A stretch of DNA of 64,000 nt, from NCBI RefSeq assembly GCF_001194135.2, contig NC_068985.1:2595070-2659069 (forward strand), written 5' to 3'. Of this stretch, positions 10,471 to 24,119 are shown one piece after another (within the stretch, counting starts at the first letter, position 1; each line of letters starts with the position of its first letter). Under the pieces are notes generated by a model. That model was given only the letters and a program-made list of their open reading frames with translations, was not told the origin of the DNA and ran no database searches. This DNA comes from Octopus bimaculoides. Its lineage: Eukaryota. The translations under genes and the position numbers were made by a program.

Positions 10471-11082
10471 AACATCAACTCTAAAAGGTAACAACATACA
10501 TCATAGATAAAGACACATTCAATATCCTTATACAACATGACATATACCTGTACATACAACATGGCATACACCTTTACATACAATACAACATGACATATAT
10601 TCGTGCTGTCACCTTGAGATACAATAACACTTTTCACATGACACCTAATTAATACAATCATTTATGAATGTAATAACAAATTCTTAATCACCTCCCAAAT
10701 ACTATAAAACAATTCACAATGACTATTACTTATATCATATTTCTACAAGCCCATCATTCTTACATTCGAAATGGCAGCAAAAAGATGTGACTTTCTCTTT
10801 AGAAATTACAATGAGTTGATCCTACAACATTTGTGGACTCTCTGCAAACTCTAAATAAGTCTCAAATGATGTATTATTCTCTTGATGCACAACCTTCAGG
10901 AAGTTCATTCAATGAGTACTCTTTATTGCACATCTTCCAAGTGCAGGCCATTATTCAGGTGTTACTGCAATTAATATAGTCTGGCTGGCTCTACCATCAC
11001 ACACTCATACTAACGAGATTTCTCAATATTCTGCTGACATTGTTTCTCTTTACAAACCAAACCTTGATTACAGTCATTTCTC

Positions 11083-11124
<42 letters not shown>

Positions 11125-11769
11125 TCTACTTGGTCAGTGGTTATTTAAATATCATCTAAATCATCCCAGAATTACATTGGATAATGTCCTAAGCAGAGAC
11201 AGGATGGTCACAATTGAAGTTCTTAGATCAATGGGGCAGTTCGACGAAGGCCCAGAGTTTGTATACACCCTTCTCTCGATATCACACAAGGGTTGTAAAT
11301 GTGCATTGTTGCTATACAAACAAGTGGTTTCATTTCCAGTCTTCAGTGAAAAACAAGTCTAAGCATTAGTTAGTTATCCTCCGTGCCATGAGGCACATGA
11401 GGCTGCAACACAATCTCCAGTGTCCACATTTAGTGAGGTATTACATTGCTGAGGGTTGGTGACAGGAATGGCATCCGGTTGTAGAAAATTTGCTTCAACA
11501 AATTCTGCTCGACTCATGGCACGCATGCGGGTGTGAAATGAGGAGAATGAATAAACGATGCTGATAAATGTTTTAACTTTTACTTGTTTCAGGCATAAAA
11601 TTACGGTCATGCTGGAGCACTGCCTTAAAGCATTTTAGTTGAACACACTGATCCCAGTACTTATTGCATTGATCTCTTTTGCTGAAATGCTAAGTCACAG
11701 GGATGTAAACTCCTCAACACTGGTTGTCAAGTGGCACACAAACACATTTACATGCATGCATGCACATAT

Positions 11770-11832
<63 letters not shown>

Positions 11833-13499
11833 GCAGAATTCGTTCAGTTTCCCTCTACAAATCTGCTCACAAGGCTTTGGTTGGGCCAAGGCTATAGTAG
11901 AAGACACTTGCCCAAGGTTCCACACAGGGGAACGTTGAATTAACCCAGATCCATGTGGTTGGAAAACAAACTTTTTACCACACAGCCACACCCATATGCA
12001 TAGATGCACACACACACACACACACACACAGCATAAAGGCAGAAAAGCATTAAATTTCACATCCGGCTGTGAACTTAATGCTATTCTCTCTTTTCTTCTA
12101 AATATTCATTGTCCTTAAGGATTGTTTTAGTTGATTATGCATATTAAATGCAAACTGCCTCCCCTGGATTTATTGCAAAGTAATAATTACCTGTTGGAGT
12201 TTAACGACCTCTTATTAACCAAGTTTTTAATCACTGTGGATATACATTTTTTTAATGTTTCCTGTATCATCATCCTCTTTCATAAGAACACACACACACA
12301 CACACACACACTATAGAATGCAGCAATACAAACCAGTGCATAAATCAACATAGGAAGGTGCCTCTATGAGGTTGCTCGCTTTACAAGAAATAGCAGCTCA
12401 ACCCTATTGTCTTAAAACAAGAAGGACAAATTATATAATGAAATCCTGCCATTGACCATTGGGTATGCTTAATCAGGGTTACCCTGGGGCTAAACAACAA
12501 ACAGGCAGTGCATAGTACCACATGTACACACATACTAATACAAAATACAACCTATTAACACACAAAGAAACATTCATTAACAGGAGATATACAACATTAT
12601 GATTGATAAGAACACATGCTCACATATACTAAAACTGGTGCTCCGTCGGTTACGATGATGAACATTCCAGTTGATGCAATCAACAGAAAAACTTGCTAGT
12701 GAAAATAACATGCAAGTGGCTGAGTACTCCATAGACATGCATACCCTTAACATTGTGTTCAAGGAAATTTAGTGTGACACAGAATGTGACAAGGCTGTCC
12801 CCGGGAAATAAAGGTGCGACTCATTTTTGCCAGCTGAGGGGATTGAAGTATTGTGAAATAAAGTGTCTTGCTCAAGGACAGAATGTGCCGCTGGGAATTG
12901 AACTCATGACCATGAGGTGAATACACTAATCAGTCAACCACTTGCCTTCCTTGCACACACACACACACACACACACAGACATATGCAAACATGCATACGT
13001 ACAGAAATGAACTTATAATAATCACACAGTAATATCTCCTCACAAGCCATAGATATACACACACACACACACACACAGAGCAAAGTAAAAATAGCCATCA
13101 AAATATCAAGACCGTTTTAGAGGCAGTTTATGTTTTGTAAAGAAATGTTATAGCAGCTGTAAACTAAAACACACACACACACACACAGAATATGCGCAGA
13201 ATGCGGCAGCATTTTAGGGGGTGCAACATCAGCAATAAATGCAAAATGGGTGCACAAGAGGCAAGATATTTTACTTCCTTCATGCAACTTAGTCAATATT
13301 CTACAAAATAATTGCTGCCGATAATGGCAGTGCCAAGTTTGAAGCAAAGACGAAAAAAATTTAAGCATGAGAAAAAAAAAGGAAAAAAGAACACAACAAT
13401 AAAACAATACAAACAAAAACAACAGCAAAAAAAAACACAAGTGGAAAATAAGGTGACATTTAATATTATAATGGATGAGTAAGAGATAGAACAAGAATG

Positions 13500-14560
13500 A
13501 GTGACGTTAGATATGTGTGCGAGGGGGGGGTAGATGTGCAATGGTAGGTGACAGCACTCAGATACTGCAGTGGTGGTGGAGTGGGGGGGGGGGATGATCT
13601 TGCTGATTGTTTTCATGGGCAATGTCAAGAGTGGTGTCTGTTGGTAATGGCTGCAGTAAAGGTTGGGATTCCGGTGGTGCTGGTGGTTCTTAATGAATCA
13701 GTGGTAATGATGACGATTGGCGATTAGGGTTTCTATTGTCATAGTCAAAGATGAGAAGGAAGATAGCCATAGCTGTTGTTGTTGTTGTTGGTAGTGATGA
13801 TGACGATGATGCTGTAGGCAATGTTATTCGTGGTGGTGGTGGTGGTGGTGGACTGATAGAAGACTGATGATGTTGATAGTCATGGTGATGGGATCAGAGA
13901 TGGCGAGGGTGGAGTGGTTTCAATAAAGGTGTTGGTGGTGGTGGTGGTGGTGGTAAGGATGGAGGTGTTGATGATGATAATGGTGAGGAAGGCAATATGT
14001 GGTGATGATTGCCATGAGGATGGTATCAGAGAGGGGAGTGTTGATTGTGTCAGTAATAGCAGCGGTGGTGGTGGTGGTGGTGGTGGCAGTGATGGTTGCA
14101 ATGTTATTAGTGATGATGATGATGATGATGTAGTGGTGGTGGTTGCAGTTGTAATGCGTGGGTGGTGATGGTGGCTGCAATTTCTAGCAGGTCAAGTAAA
14201 TGTCTTGTAGGTCCCCTCACGTGTGTCAATGATATGCTGGTAATAGTGGGGGGTGGGGTGGGGGCTGGTTATTGTTACTAAAGTTAATTGCAGTTCATTA
14301 CGGTGGTAATGACAATACATATGGAGACTTTCAATTAGAAGAAATTAATTGTCAGTATCAACACTGCCATCGACCACTCAACCAACACCACAACTACCAC
14401 CACTACATACAGCACCTCCACCACCTCCACCACCCTCGACAATGCTACAAAGATCAATACCAACAGCAACAACAACAACAGCACCAACATTACAAAATTC
14501 CACCCACCGACACCCAAAACAATCACGAAATAAGCTTTAGTTACCAATTAACTAATCCAC
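13500..14560. repeat. Cryptic trinucleotide low-complexity tract: (GGT/GAT/GTT)n, then (CCA/CAA)n
   Basis: Visible directly; produces spurious poly-T/H/P/V ORFs. Confidence 0.9.
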
Positions 14561-15565
14561 CATCTTAACCGGAAGCTGGGGTTTTTTTTTTATATATATT
14601 TTAAATGCAATTGAACATGATTTCCATTTATTTCATTTTATTTCTATTTTCTTTTTTACATTCTCTTGGTAACATATTTTCCAGTTATGATTTTCACAAA
14701 ATTGTATATATTTATATGTTTCTTCATTCATTTATTAGACTGCTTTTAGTGTAGATAAAATAATTAAAATATAAAAATGAATCAAAAGTCAGGGAGGTGA
14801 ATAAAAGATTAACAAGATTTTTAATTGTTTTAAATGAGTTACAAAACAGTGACATATTAATTGGAGAGGAAGCTTACAACAATGAGCACAATTGAAAATT
14901 CTATTAACTCTGCAATAATACTGATTTCTACTGACAAAGCAGCTACAAAAGCAGATTTTATATGGAGAACAACAACAACAAAAAACAAAAAGAAAAACTG
15001 CAAGAAAACTACCCAATAATGTTATTCATAATATGAGTCAATGAAAGAACCTTTACCTGGTCATTTGTTATACTAGAAATGGCAGCTTAGTCACCAGCAA
15101 ACCTGGTTCTATGGTCTTAAATAAGGGAATGGCACATTAAGTAATGTAGTCCTAGATAGCCTTAAAAAAAGATCAACCAAGTTGTCATGGTTGGATTGTC
15201 TTTTATCAGAGGCTTCCTTAATCAAGGACCTCAGTAGTTATGTTTTTTTGGTAATTTCTTTTGGGGGGTGGGGGTTAAAGCCTGTTACTTATTCCGTTAG
15301 CCTCTGCTTGCTGAACTGCTAAGTTATGGGGATGTAAACAAACCAACAACGGTTGTCACATAGTGGTGGGGCAAGCACAGACCGAAAGACACATGCACAC
15401 AAACATATATGGTAGGCTTCTTTCAGTTTCTGCCTACCAAATCCAAGTCACTGCTCGACCCAAAGCCATAGCAGAAGACACTTGCCCAAGGTGCCATGCA
15501 CAGGGATTGAACATGGAGCCATGAGATTGGGAAGCAAGCTACTTACCACACAGCCACACCTGCAC

Positions 15566-15599
<34 letters not shown>

Positions 15600-15763
15600 A
15601 ATAATTGTTAAAGAGGACAACAATTATCCGCTGCATTGGAAACCTGCAATGGCTCCATAACTACCGTCTTGGCTTTAAGTTTGGAGCCCTAATAATCTGT
15701 TACAGCACTTACCTAGCGTACCTAATCATTTAGATCACCTGTGAACTAAATCCCCATAATTTC

Positions 15764-15804
<41 letters not shown>

Positions 15805-16639
15805 NNNNNNNNNNNNNNNNNNNNNNNNNNNNNNNNNNNNNNNNNNNNNNNNNNNNNNNNNNNNNNNNNNNNNNNNNNNNNNNNNNNNNNNNNNNNNNNN
15901 NNNNNNNNNNNNNNNNNNNNNNNNNNNNNNNNNNNNNNNNNNNNNNNNNNNNNNNNNNNNNNNNNNNNNNNNNNNNNNNNNNNNNNNNNNNNNNNNNNNN
16001 NNNNNNNNNNNNNNNNNNNNNNNNNNNNNNNNNNNNNNNNNNNNNNNNNNNNNNNNNNNNNNNNNNNNNNNNNNNNNNNNNNNNNNNNNNNNNNNNNNNN
16101 NNNNNNNNNNNNNNNNNNNNNNNNNNNNNNNNNNNNNNNNNNNNNNNNNNNNNNNNNNNNNNNNNNNNNNNNNNNNNNNNNNNNNNNNNNNNNNNNNNNN
16201 NNNNNNNNNNNNNNNNNNNNNNNNNNNNNNNNNNNNNNNNNNNNNNNNNNNNNNNNNNNNNNNNNNNNNNNNNNNNNNNNNNNNNNNNNNNNNNNNNNNN
16301 NNNNNNNNNNNNNNNNNNNNNNNNNNNNNNNNNNNNNNNNNNNNNNNNNNNNNNNNNNNNNNNNNNNNNNNNNNNNNNNNNNNNNNNNNNNNNNNNNNNN
16401 NNNNNNNNNNNNNNNNNNNNNNNNNNNNNNNNNNNNNNNNNNNNNNNNNNNNNNNNNNNNNNNNNNNNNNNNNNNNNNNNNNNNNNNNNNNNNNNNNNNN
16501 NNNNNNNNNNNNNNNNNNNNNNNNNNNNNNNNNNNNNNNNNNNNNNNNNNNNNNNNNNNNNNNNNNNNNNNNNNNNNNNNNNNNNNNNNNNNNNNNNNNN
16601 NNNNNNNNNNNNNNNNNNNNNNNNNNNNNNNNNNNNNNN
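15805..16639. other. Assembly gap, preceded by (TA)n
   Basis: Run of N. Confidence 0.99.
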
Positions 16640-17109
16640 CATCAAAGAATGTATATATGCATTTTAATACTCAAACTGTTTTTTAACATTTTTTATTATT
16701 CTCAAAGACTTTTGATAATCATTTTCTAAAAAAGTGAAACCGGTTAAGTAAATAAATATTTTTAAAAAATAAGTGCATTTTCAAACCTTCTTTCATATAT
16801 ATTTCCACTCGTACGGTATTCCACAACTTTACTTTATTATATATATATATATATATATATAAACAAAAGTAAATGAGTATATGCATATATACGTACAGGT
16901 ATGTGCATACCGACATCCACCTGTATGTATAGGTGCATATCTGGGTACAGGACATTGCAAACAAACGTAGACGAGAACACACGAGCCACATAGAGAACAT
17001 TCTACTTCATCAGCTACCCACGTTTTAACACCGGCGTTTCGACGAGCTTGTATGTATGTATGTATGTATATATATACATATATATATCATTGAAAAAACT
17101 TGGAGTGAA

Positions 17110-17189
17110 CAAGAAGGAGTATGGTTGGACATTTATTTTTCTATTACTACACAGATTGAAAAATAAATGTCCAACCGTACTCCTTGTTG
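17110..17189. repeat. Hairpin with 32-bp stem and 16-nt loop
   Basis: caagaaggagtatggttggacatttatttttc pairs with gaaaaataaatgtccaaccgtactccttgttg with few mismatches. Confidence 0.85.
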
Positions 17190-17474
17190 ACTACAAATGC
17201 TTTCAATTATCTATTCACACATGACAGAAGCCCAAACGCAAACCTGGAAGTATGTATAATACTCCAAACTGGATAGCCCAGGGTAAACCTGAAGGTGGAT
17301 GAGCTTTATACTGTTCTCTGCTATGTTCTTTACAGAATATAACATCTCTCTGTTTATTTCCACGTGTTCCTTTCTGTTGAAGCGTGTAGGCTCAAAACCT
17401 AAAAGACCTTCTCACTTTCCTGAACGTCAAACTAATAATATACCTGTCTTTGTCTTTTGTTTTTCTGTAAATTT

Positions 17475-17532
<58 letters not shown>

Positions 17533-18129
17533 TAGAAAACACTTGCCCAAAATGCAAAATTCAGTGAGACTGAACCTAAGACTACATGGTTGGGAAGCCG
17601 GCTGCTTAAGCACACAGTCATGCCTGTGCCTGTTTGACCAATTTGGCCACTCATTACACATCCACATATTGCATGACACCTTCAAAATTGTATGGCACTT
17701 CAAGAGAGCTGGAGAGTCTGAGTTGTGACAGCTAACTATCCTTGGCATAAACTGGGTTTTATCCACCTGAGACAGCAAAGCAGCTGACTACAATAATAAT
17801 TTTGAGCACGTCTCTTCGTGTCCTTCACTCAACAAAAGATCATCATCATCATCGTCGTCGTCATCTGGTCGAGCTTGCTCAGACATTTTGAACCCATACA
17901 CAACATCCATCTCAGTCCTGCATCAGTTGAGGGAGGTCTTTGGGGAGGCATCCAATATCTCTGGTGAGTTGATCTCATGCGTGGTGTTCGCTTGAGTACG
18001 GCCATGCTTTAGCATCCATAGCTGTAAGTCACTTGCCAGCTCTTTTTTAGCTCACCAGCAATGTCCCATAAACTGCAGCTATCTTTCTCTTGTAATGATG
18101 GAAGCAGAAGATAAACCTTACAAAGAATT

Positions 18130-18860
18130 GCTTTCTGCAATACCTTAATTCTGTTGCTCACCTCTTTAGCCCCAAAGCTAGATTACCAATTAATTCTTCA
18201 CTATTGTTTCTGTATCCTTGTATGGTTTGTTGAAAGCAATGGCAATACACATGACATTACGGAACCCTTTGACTGTTTCAGGCATCGGAACCACCAAACT
18301 AAGTTGACTGCCAATGGGCTTTATTTGTTTCTTACTCTTTGGACTGGAAACTTCTTCCATCGTATCATACCACCACAGCATGTACTGAAACGGCTGTCAT
18401 TAACACACATTCTATCAAAATTAGTTATGTCTCTTTGTTTGATTATATGATGCACACTTGAGTCCTGGTAAATTAATAAGCTGTTTGGTGTCGCCTTTCA
18501 CAGCATCACTCTACTGGTCATTCTTCAGCACACAGGGGTCAACATAGAGACCAACTAGTTGCATACCATCACTCCCCAGGCCAGACTACTACAACAATCT
18601 CCTGTTATCATCCTTTTTACAGCTTACACTATCTACTTCATCAATCCATTCCTTGCAAAATGGCAGTCTCCTTGAATTATCTTCATTTCTAGGGTTTTAT
18701 TGCAGATATCAACTTACAGACATTTAAGCTGAAGATGAACTTCATTGATCTCACATCATCTGAATGGGACAGAACGAGCAAAGATCAAGGGCAATAAACC
18801 TCCCTCCAGGCTAAAACATGCTACCTTACTGTCTATCAAGAGTTATAAACTACCTCATCT
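18130..18860 (-). mobile_element. Highly degraded LINE endonuclease-region fragments (L1/Tx1-like?)
   Basis: PGGRFIALDL and LVGLYVDP-like pieces with many stops. Confidence 0.3.
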
Positions 18861-19689
18861 CTGTGAATGATTTAAAACTATATATAAGGAATAACACCCA
18901 GTTGGAGAATCTAAAAGAAACTGTATAGGAATTCTAAGATGTCAAAATGAATACGGCATTGAATAGATATACCATTAAGTTAGATTTAAACACTGAAACT
19001 CATCAAGACTAGTCATACAAGTTCTTTGGAAATGGATGAAAATGACTGGATGTAACATGCAGAAATTAAGGAGAAAATTCAGACTAATATATATAATGCC
19101 AGAAGTAAGATAATCTGTATGGTGTTTTAGTCGGTATTTAGTTGTTTTTGAAAACTAACCATCTTAGATATAGCTACAGCTTTAGTACAACTGTAGCGGT
19201 TAACGAAAATATTTAGAAGCCAGAAGAAATAATGTTGTTAATAAAACTAAAGACAAGGTAAGGGGGAAAAAAAAGATGAAAACATAAAAAGTTTTCTGTA
19301 CATAGAAGAAATCAATAAATAACTAATTAGAAGCTAATTACACACAGGAAAGACTTAGATAAGGATTAAGCAACGTTGAAGATTGAGAAAAAATATATGC
19401 ATTCAAAATGGAACTTCAAAATATATTACACAAAACAAAAAAATATCAAAACCTCATAACGGCTCAAAAGCTCTGAAGAAATGGAATGATTGATTTTGGC
19501 AACAGAGGATCAATTCCTAGCCACATGATATAGTCAAAATAAAATAATAAATGAATTAATGTTAATTAGGTGAAATAAACATCAGAGATGCTTTGCCCCA
19601 TGCAGAAAGGGGAGGAGCAACTCAGAGCTTTTGCTGGCTTTCCTTCTAAATCCTTTGCAATAATGGAAATCCTTCCATAAAGTCAGCAG

Positions 19690-19890
19690 GTTCACAAGCG
19701 TTTTGCCCCTTAACCTGTATGCTCCACATGAGTGGGGCAGGGAGTACTGATCTAGTCTTCACCTATGGAAGAGTTCCATTTACAGTCTCTTATCAACCAT
19801 AGCTATCCTGAGCTAGTTTCAGCTTCTGTGCTTATTTCCTTGATGGCTTTCTTTGGTCGTCTGGGTTCTAGGCCTATCTTCTGCAAGAAA
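19690..19890 (-). mobile_element. 3' end of a restriction-like-endonuclease LINE, HERO-like
   Basis: FLQKIGLEPRRPKKAIKEISTEAETSSG*LWLIRDCKW resembles the EAAE..S.WLW..R C-terminus of HERO-type elements, as recalled. Confidence 0.55.
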
Positions 19891-20177
19891 TTACAGCTTA
19901 TGTAATCAGCATAAAGAAAGAATCGACCACTTTTTCTGGTTACACAGAACAAAGGCAAAACATATTGTCAGACATGATCAAACATTATATACAGACACTT
20001 CTAGATTCTTTTTTACACCACAGAACAGTGCTTTCTCTCTATAAATCTAATCCTGTTAAAAACTAGAACCGTTTTTATAAAATGAAATTAGTCCAATATA
20101 AAAGTCATAAAAATATAACTATTGCATAAATTTGGAGGAAACTGGCTAAATATGATATAATGATTGTTGGTGTACAT

Positions 20178-20655
20178 CAGTGATACCCAACCATTTTTAA
20201 CCTAAGGACTCACTTGATTGCCTTTTTCCTCTACTTGACCCCTAAAGCCATTTGATGTTTAAATAAAATTCCCATTTGATTTTTATAATTAAATATTATT
20301 AGCCAAAACTGTCTGACTGGCCCTTGTGCCAGTGGCATGTAAAAGCACCCATTACACTCTTGGAGTGGTTGGTGTTAGGAAAGGCATCCAGCTGTAGAAA
20401 CTTTACCAGATCAGATTGGAGTCTGGTGTAGCCATCCGCTTCGCTAGTCCCCAGTCAGACCGTCCAACCCATGCTAGCATGGAAAGCGGACGTTAAATGA
20501 CGACGATGATGATGATATTAGGGATTGTAGAAAGAATTGTTGAAGCATTTTGTGTATTGTAGGAGTATAAGCAATAATGTATTGCACATAACCTGAAACT
20601 GTTAAACCTTATATGGACCCCCAAGGATTATATAGACCCTGATTGAGAACCACTG
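20178..20655. mobile_element. hAT-type MITE with 8-bp TSD, carrying a nested family B SINE (20310-20517)
   Basis: Termini cagtgatacccaacc / gattgagaaccactg; TSD gtgtacat (20170-20177) and gtgcacat (20656-20663). Confidence 0.8.
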
Positions 20656-21134
20656 GTGCACATTGTGTGTGTGTGTGTGGTTTTTTTACTTGTTGTCATG
20701 CCTTTTCACCTGCCAAGGTAGGTTGAATATAGTTAAGTCGATTACTCATAGGTATTTCGAAATATATTTGTAAGACATCAATTTCTGGGCATAAATTTAT
20801 TTCTCAATTCCATCATTAACAGATAAATAATAATAAATTGTTAATAAACAATACAACTGAATTTTAATTTTGTGCTTGCGGTGTTAGCTGCAACTAAGCA
20901 TTAAAATCAAAGGATGAAAAAATAGTTTGGAGAAATTTACTTTTCGAAACAATCTTATATAAACGCACAGGGCGTAAACAGGAAGCTGGTCTTAAAATGG
21001 GGCTGAACTTCCTTTCTTATGCGGAAAAGTGCTTGTTCTATCTTTTGAACCCTCAACAACGCTGCATGAACTGCAGTTCCCTGTGGTTCCAGTGATAGAT
21101 GTTGAAGTTGAAAGAGCTAAAACTGAGAATTAAT

Positions 21135-21285
21135 TACAGAAACTGTCTGCAAGAATGTGGCAGTGATAAGGCTATGGCGCTTTGGAACAAACCTGCCGAA
21201 ACTGGTAACAAAATCAGAGCTAACCACCCAGGTATAATAATCAAAGACAGAAGGAAATCAATGTTAGATATGAAGAGAAACATTA
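21135..21285 (+). mobile_element. REL-endonuclease LINE fragment (R4/NeSL-like)
   Basis: LWNKPAETGNKIRANHPGIIIKDRRKSMLDM matches the LWD..I.TD..I.ANRPDI...D pattern. Confidence 0.55.
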
Positions 21286-21734
21286 AAATGTAAACAAACA
21301 AGATATGGGGAATGAATGTAAAAATGGTTCCAGTAATAATTAGTGCAGAGAGCAAGATTAAGGAATATGAACAAAATAATAAACAGCATACCAAGGTTAA
21401 GAATTTCTAAGACAAATTCAAAAAACATGAATACAAATTCTGTGTGCATCATATGCATATACACCTCTCATACATGTCATCATCATCATCATTTAACGCC
21501 CGTTTTCCATGCTGGCATGGGTTGGACAGTTTGACTGAGGTCTGGCAAGCCAGGAGGCTGCACCAGGAGGCTGCACCAGGTTCCAATCTGATCTGGCAAG
21601 GTTTCTACAGCTGGATGCCCTTCCTAATGCCAACCATTCCGAAAGCGTAGCAGGTGCTTTGTATGTGCCACTGGCACATATACCATTGCCATTGCTGTCA
21701 TCATCATCATCCTTAGATTTCCATTTTTCCATGC

Positions 21735-22085
21735 TTGCATTGGTTGGATGGCTTTAACCAGCACAATACCTTTCTACTTGGGGAGTTTTTTCTGTCATTA
21801 TTATTGTGAAGGCCAGCTTCCTCATTACTTCTTTCTGTGCCTTGCTTTTTATTCCTCTTCTACAGAAGGTTCCTTCTGCTTTGATTGCTAAACACTTCTT
21901 TGACCAGTTGTCATTGTTCGTATGCATCCTATGTCCACACCAGCGTGGTCTTGGTTTCTTACACACTGAATCTGATTGTACAGACCTCATAGTTGAGAGA
22001 GGCAATGGAACTGAGGACAGTAGCTGTATGCCAGGCAAGAGGTTAGAGTATGACAGAAGACACGTCATTTGTGCCACACAACTTC
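21735..22085 (-). mobile_element. RTE C-terminal fragment
   Basis: ...KKPRPRWCGHRMHTNNDNWSKKCLAIKAEGTFCR..., resembling the RTE RLRW.GHV.R motif. Confidence 0.6.
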
Positions 22086-22394
22086 ATAAGCTTTGATCCC
22101 TTTTTATTCTATGTGTCATAACAACAACCTACATGTGATTTAGAATAGTGTTACTACCCAACATGTCTACTAACATCATCCTCTCTAATAATAAAGTCCT
22201 TGCCATCTGTTATAGAGGTTAATCTGCAAAAGGGACTCCTTAAAATGGTCCACTTTGTCCATCAGTCAGTCCTGATTGTGATGTAGAGTTCACTGTTGCT
22301 GCCTTGTGGCCTCTGACTAGTCGGTATCTCAATTATCTTATCCCTCTACAATAATATAGCAACACTGCCAATTCCATTACTGTTACCTACCCAG

Positions 22395-23520
22395 GATTTG
22401 TTTATCATAATTCTTAAAACTGGCTGATTGTTGGAGATTCTGTTTAACAATGACCAAGTTCTCATAGCTGAATCTGCTGAAGAAATAGATAAATTCCAAA
22501 ACTGTAAGAAAAGCCTAAAATTTTTAAGTAAACCTAGCAAAACCAAGTGTTTTAGTTAACAGGAAAGAAGACAGGACTCTGCTGCCATCTGGGAAATGGC
22601 TGTAATTGATATGCAAGAAAGAGCAGATCAGAATTCTATATGGATGCACTCATTGTAAATTATGGGTATACAAGAGTGTAGTGAATTCAGCAGGATGGCA
22701 AAACACTTCGTATATAACAGATGCAGGGAAGTATTTAGCAGTGAATAAAGTACCCAAGAACTGAATCCTTTTAGATGCCATAAAGGCTCCCTAAAGGTAA
22801 CTGATAGCATCTATTAATGAGGTAATCTAATTAGTAGTGGTGGTGGTGGTGCTCCAAAAGCATAGAAGAAGAAAGGGGTACATGAAGTTTGGGGAGCCAT
22901 TAATTCTGTTGGTAATAAAAAGTTCCTCCCTCAAAATGGAGAGAAGAATGTATGATGTTTGTGTATGAAGTGCAATGTTGCAAGCTAGTGAAACATGGAT
23001 ATTTAATGCAGAGAATGTGCAATAGCTAGAAAGGAAAGGAAGAAGGCAAGCATACACCATTGGACATGTAATATTAGTGAATGTGCATGAGGGAACACAA
23101 ATGAGCTGAGAAAATCAAGCTATAAGAGGGATCAGTAATAGCATGCTAAAACTTGTATGGACATGTGGTACATATGAAGGATGGCAGCTGGGTAAAGAAG
23201 TACTAAGCAATCGAAGTAGAAGAAATCTGCAGAAGAGAAAGACTGAGCAAGGCATACAAAGGAGTGATAAAAGCTGATTTCAATGAGCAGAAGATGATAA
23301 ACAACCAGAATATATGGTGAGATTTTGTGTAGGAGAAAATCTATGTAACCCATACAAGCATGGAAAGAATGGGCCTAAATTGGTTATGGAGATGGTGGCA
23401 GCAAAGACAGGTGCTAAGTAGTGTGGAAAAGTACACTAAAAATTGATGAGTAGTATGAATAGAGAAAGAAACCAATCTACAAGGAACGGTTCACATGAAA
23501 TGGAAATGTTCCCCAATGTA
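22395..23520 (+). mobile_element. Scrambled RTE RT-region fragments
   Basis: LLEILFNNDQVLIAES (decayed LLYADDLVLIAES), ...KTKC..., and further RTE-like pieces out of normal order. Confidence 0.55.
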
Positions 23521-23653
23521 TACATGGCTACTGTTTTGTCTCAACTGATTCAGATGCACAAGAAAATGATATGAACTTGTGATGATGACTTCCTTAGGCA
23601 AACATCAAAAAGATAAAGAGATTATGCCTTTCCAAAAACATTGAATGAAGCAC

Positions 23654-23791
23654 ATTATTTACATTTGACGGATATTTGTTCTCATCTTTTTTGTTGTTAA
23701 CATAACGTTTCGGCTGATATACCCTCTAACCTTCATCAGGTGTCTTGGGGAAATTTTGAACCTGGGTTCACATTCCTAAGCTATATTTCAA

Positions 23792-23828
<37 letters not shown>

Positions 23829-23908
23829 GTTATTATTCAGGTCACTGCCTGGAATCGAACTTGGAATCTTGGGGTTAGTAGCCTGCGCTCTTAACCACTA
23901 TGCCATAT
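23654..23908 (-). mobile_element. tRNA-headed repeat with Penelope-like tail (left arm of palindrome)
   Basis: Reverse complement of 23909-24119 plus the complete head catatggcatagtggttaag. Confidence 0.8.
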
Positions 23909-24119
23909 GTGGTTAAGAGCGCGGCTACTAATCCCAAGATTCCGAGTTCGATTCCAGGCAGTGACCTGAATAATAATAATAACATCGAAAAATGCCTTAG
24001 GAATGAGAACCCAGGTTCAAAATTTCCCCAAGACACCTGATGAAGGCTGGAGGACATATCAGCCGAAACGTGTTAACAACAAACAAGATGAGGACAAATA
24101 TCCATCGAATGTAAATAAT
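23909..24119 (+). mobile_element. tRNA-headed repeat with Penelope-like tail (right arm of palindrome)
   Basis: gtggttaagagc (A-box-like), gagttcgattcc (B box), (TAA)n linker, then a tail containing CTGATGA...GAAAC and ending gtaaataat. Confidence 0.8.
24032..24074 (+). ncRNA. Degenerate minimal hammerhead motif; mirror copy at 23699-23744 on the minus strand
   Basis: gacac-CTGATGA-a-ggctg-gaggacatat-cagcc-GAAAC-gtgtt. Stem II is perfect; the stem I/III junction is damaged in both arms. Confidence 0.5.

Noticed and set aside
13293-14568. Poly-Pro/His/Thr/Gly ORFs
   Set aside because: Translation of trinucleotide microsatellites in several frames on both strands; no splice or domain support.
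14875-14945. ALSVE-containing segment as the missing MASTL DIPWP exon
   Set aside because: The rest of the peptide and the end phase do not fit the kinase C-lobe.
15746-16667. Long ORFs of about 300 aa in the track (also 32696-33334, 34934-35649, 59788-60819)
   Set aside because: They consist of N-gaps and (TA)n or poly-A runs and are not genes.
16985-17050. CTGATGA and GAAAC on the minus strand as a hammerhead
   Set aside because: No GAAA follows the putative stem II and I could not form the three-way junction.
20940-21100. Promoter-like patch with ETS/YY1-like words
   Set aside because: Short motifs are expected by chance; no CpG enrichment or downstream gene start.
23909-23960. Possible tRNA gene (also 9612-9690)
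   Set aside because: No acceptor stem or complete cloverleaf; these are tRNA-derived SINE heads.
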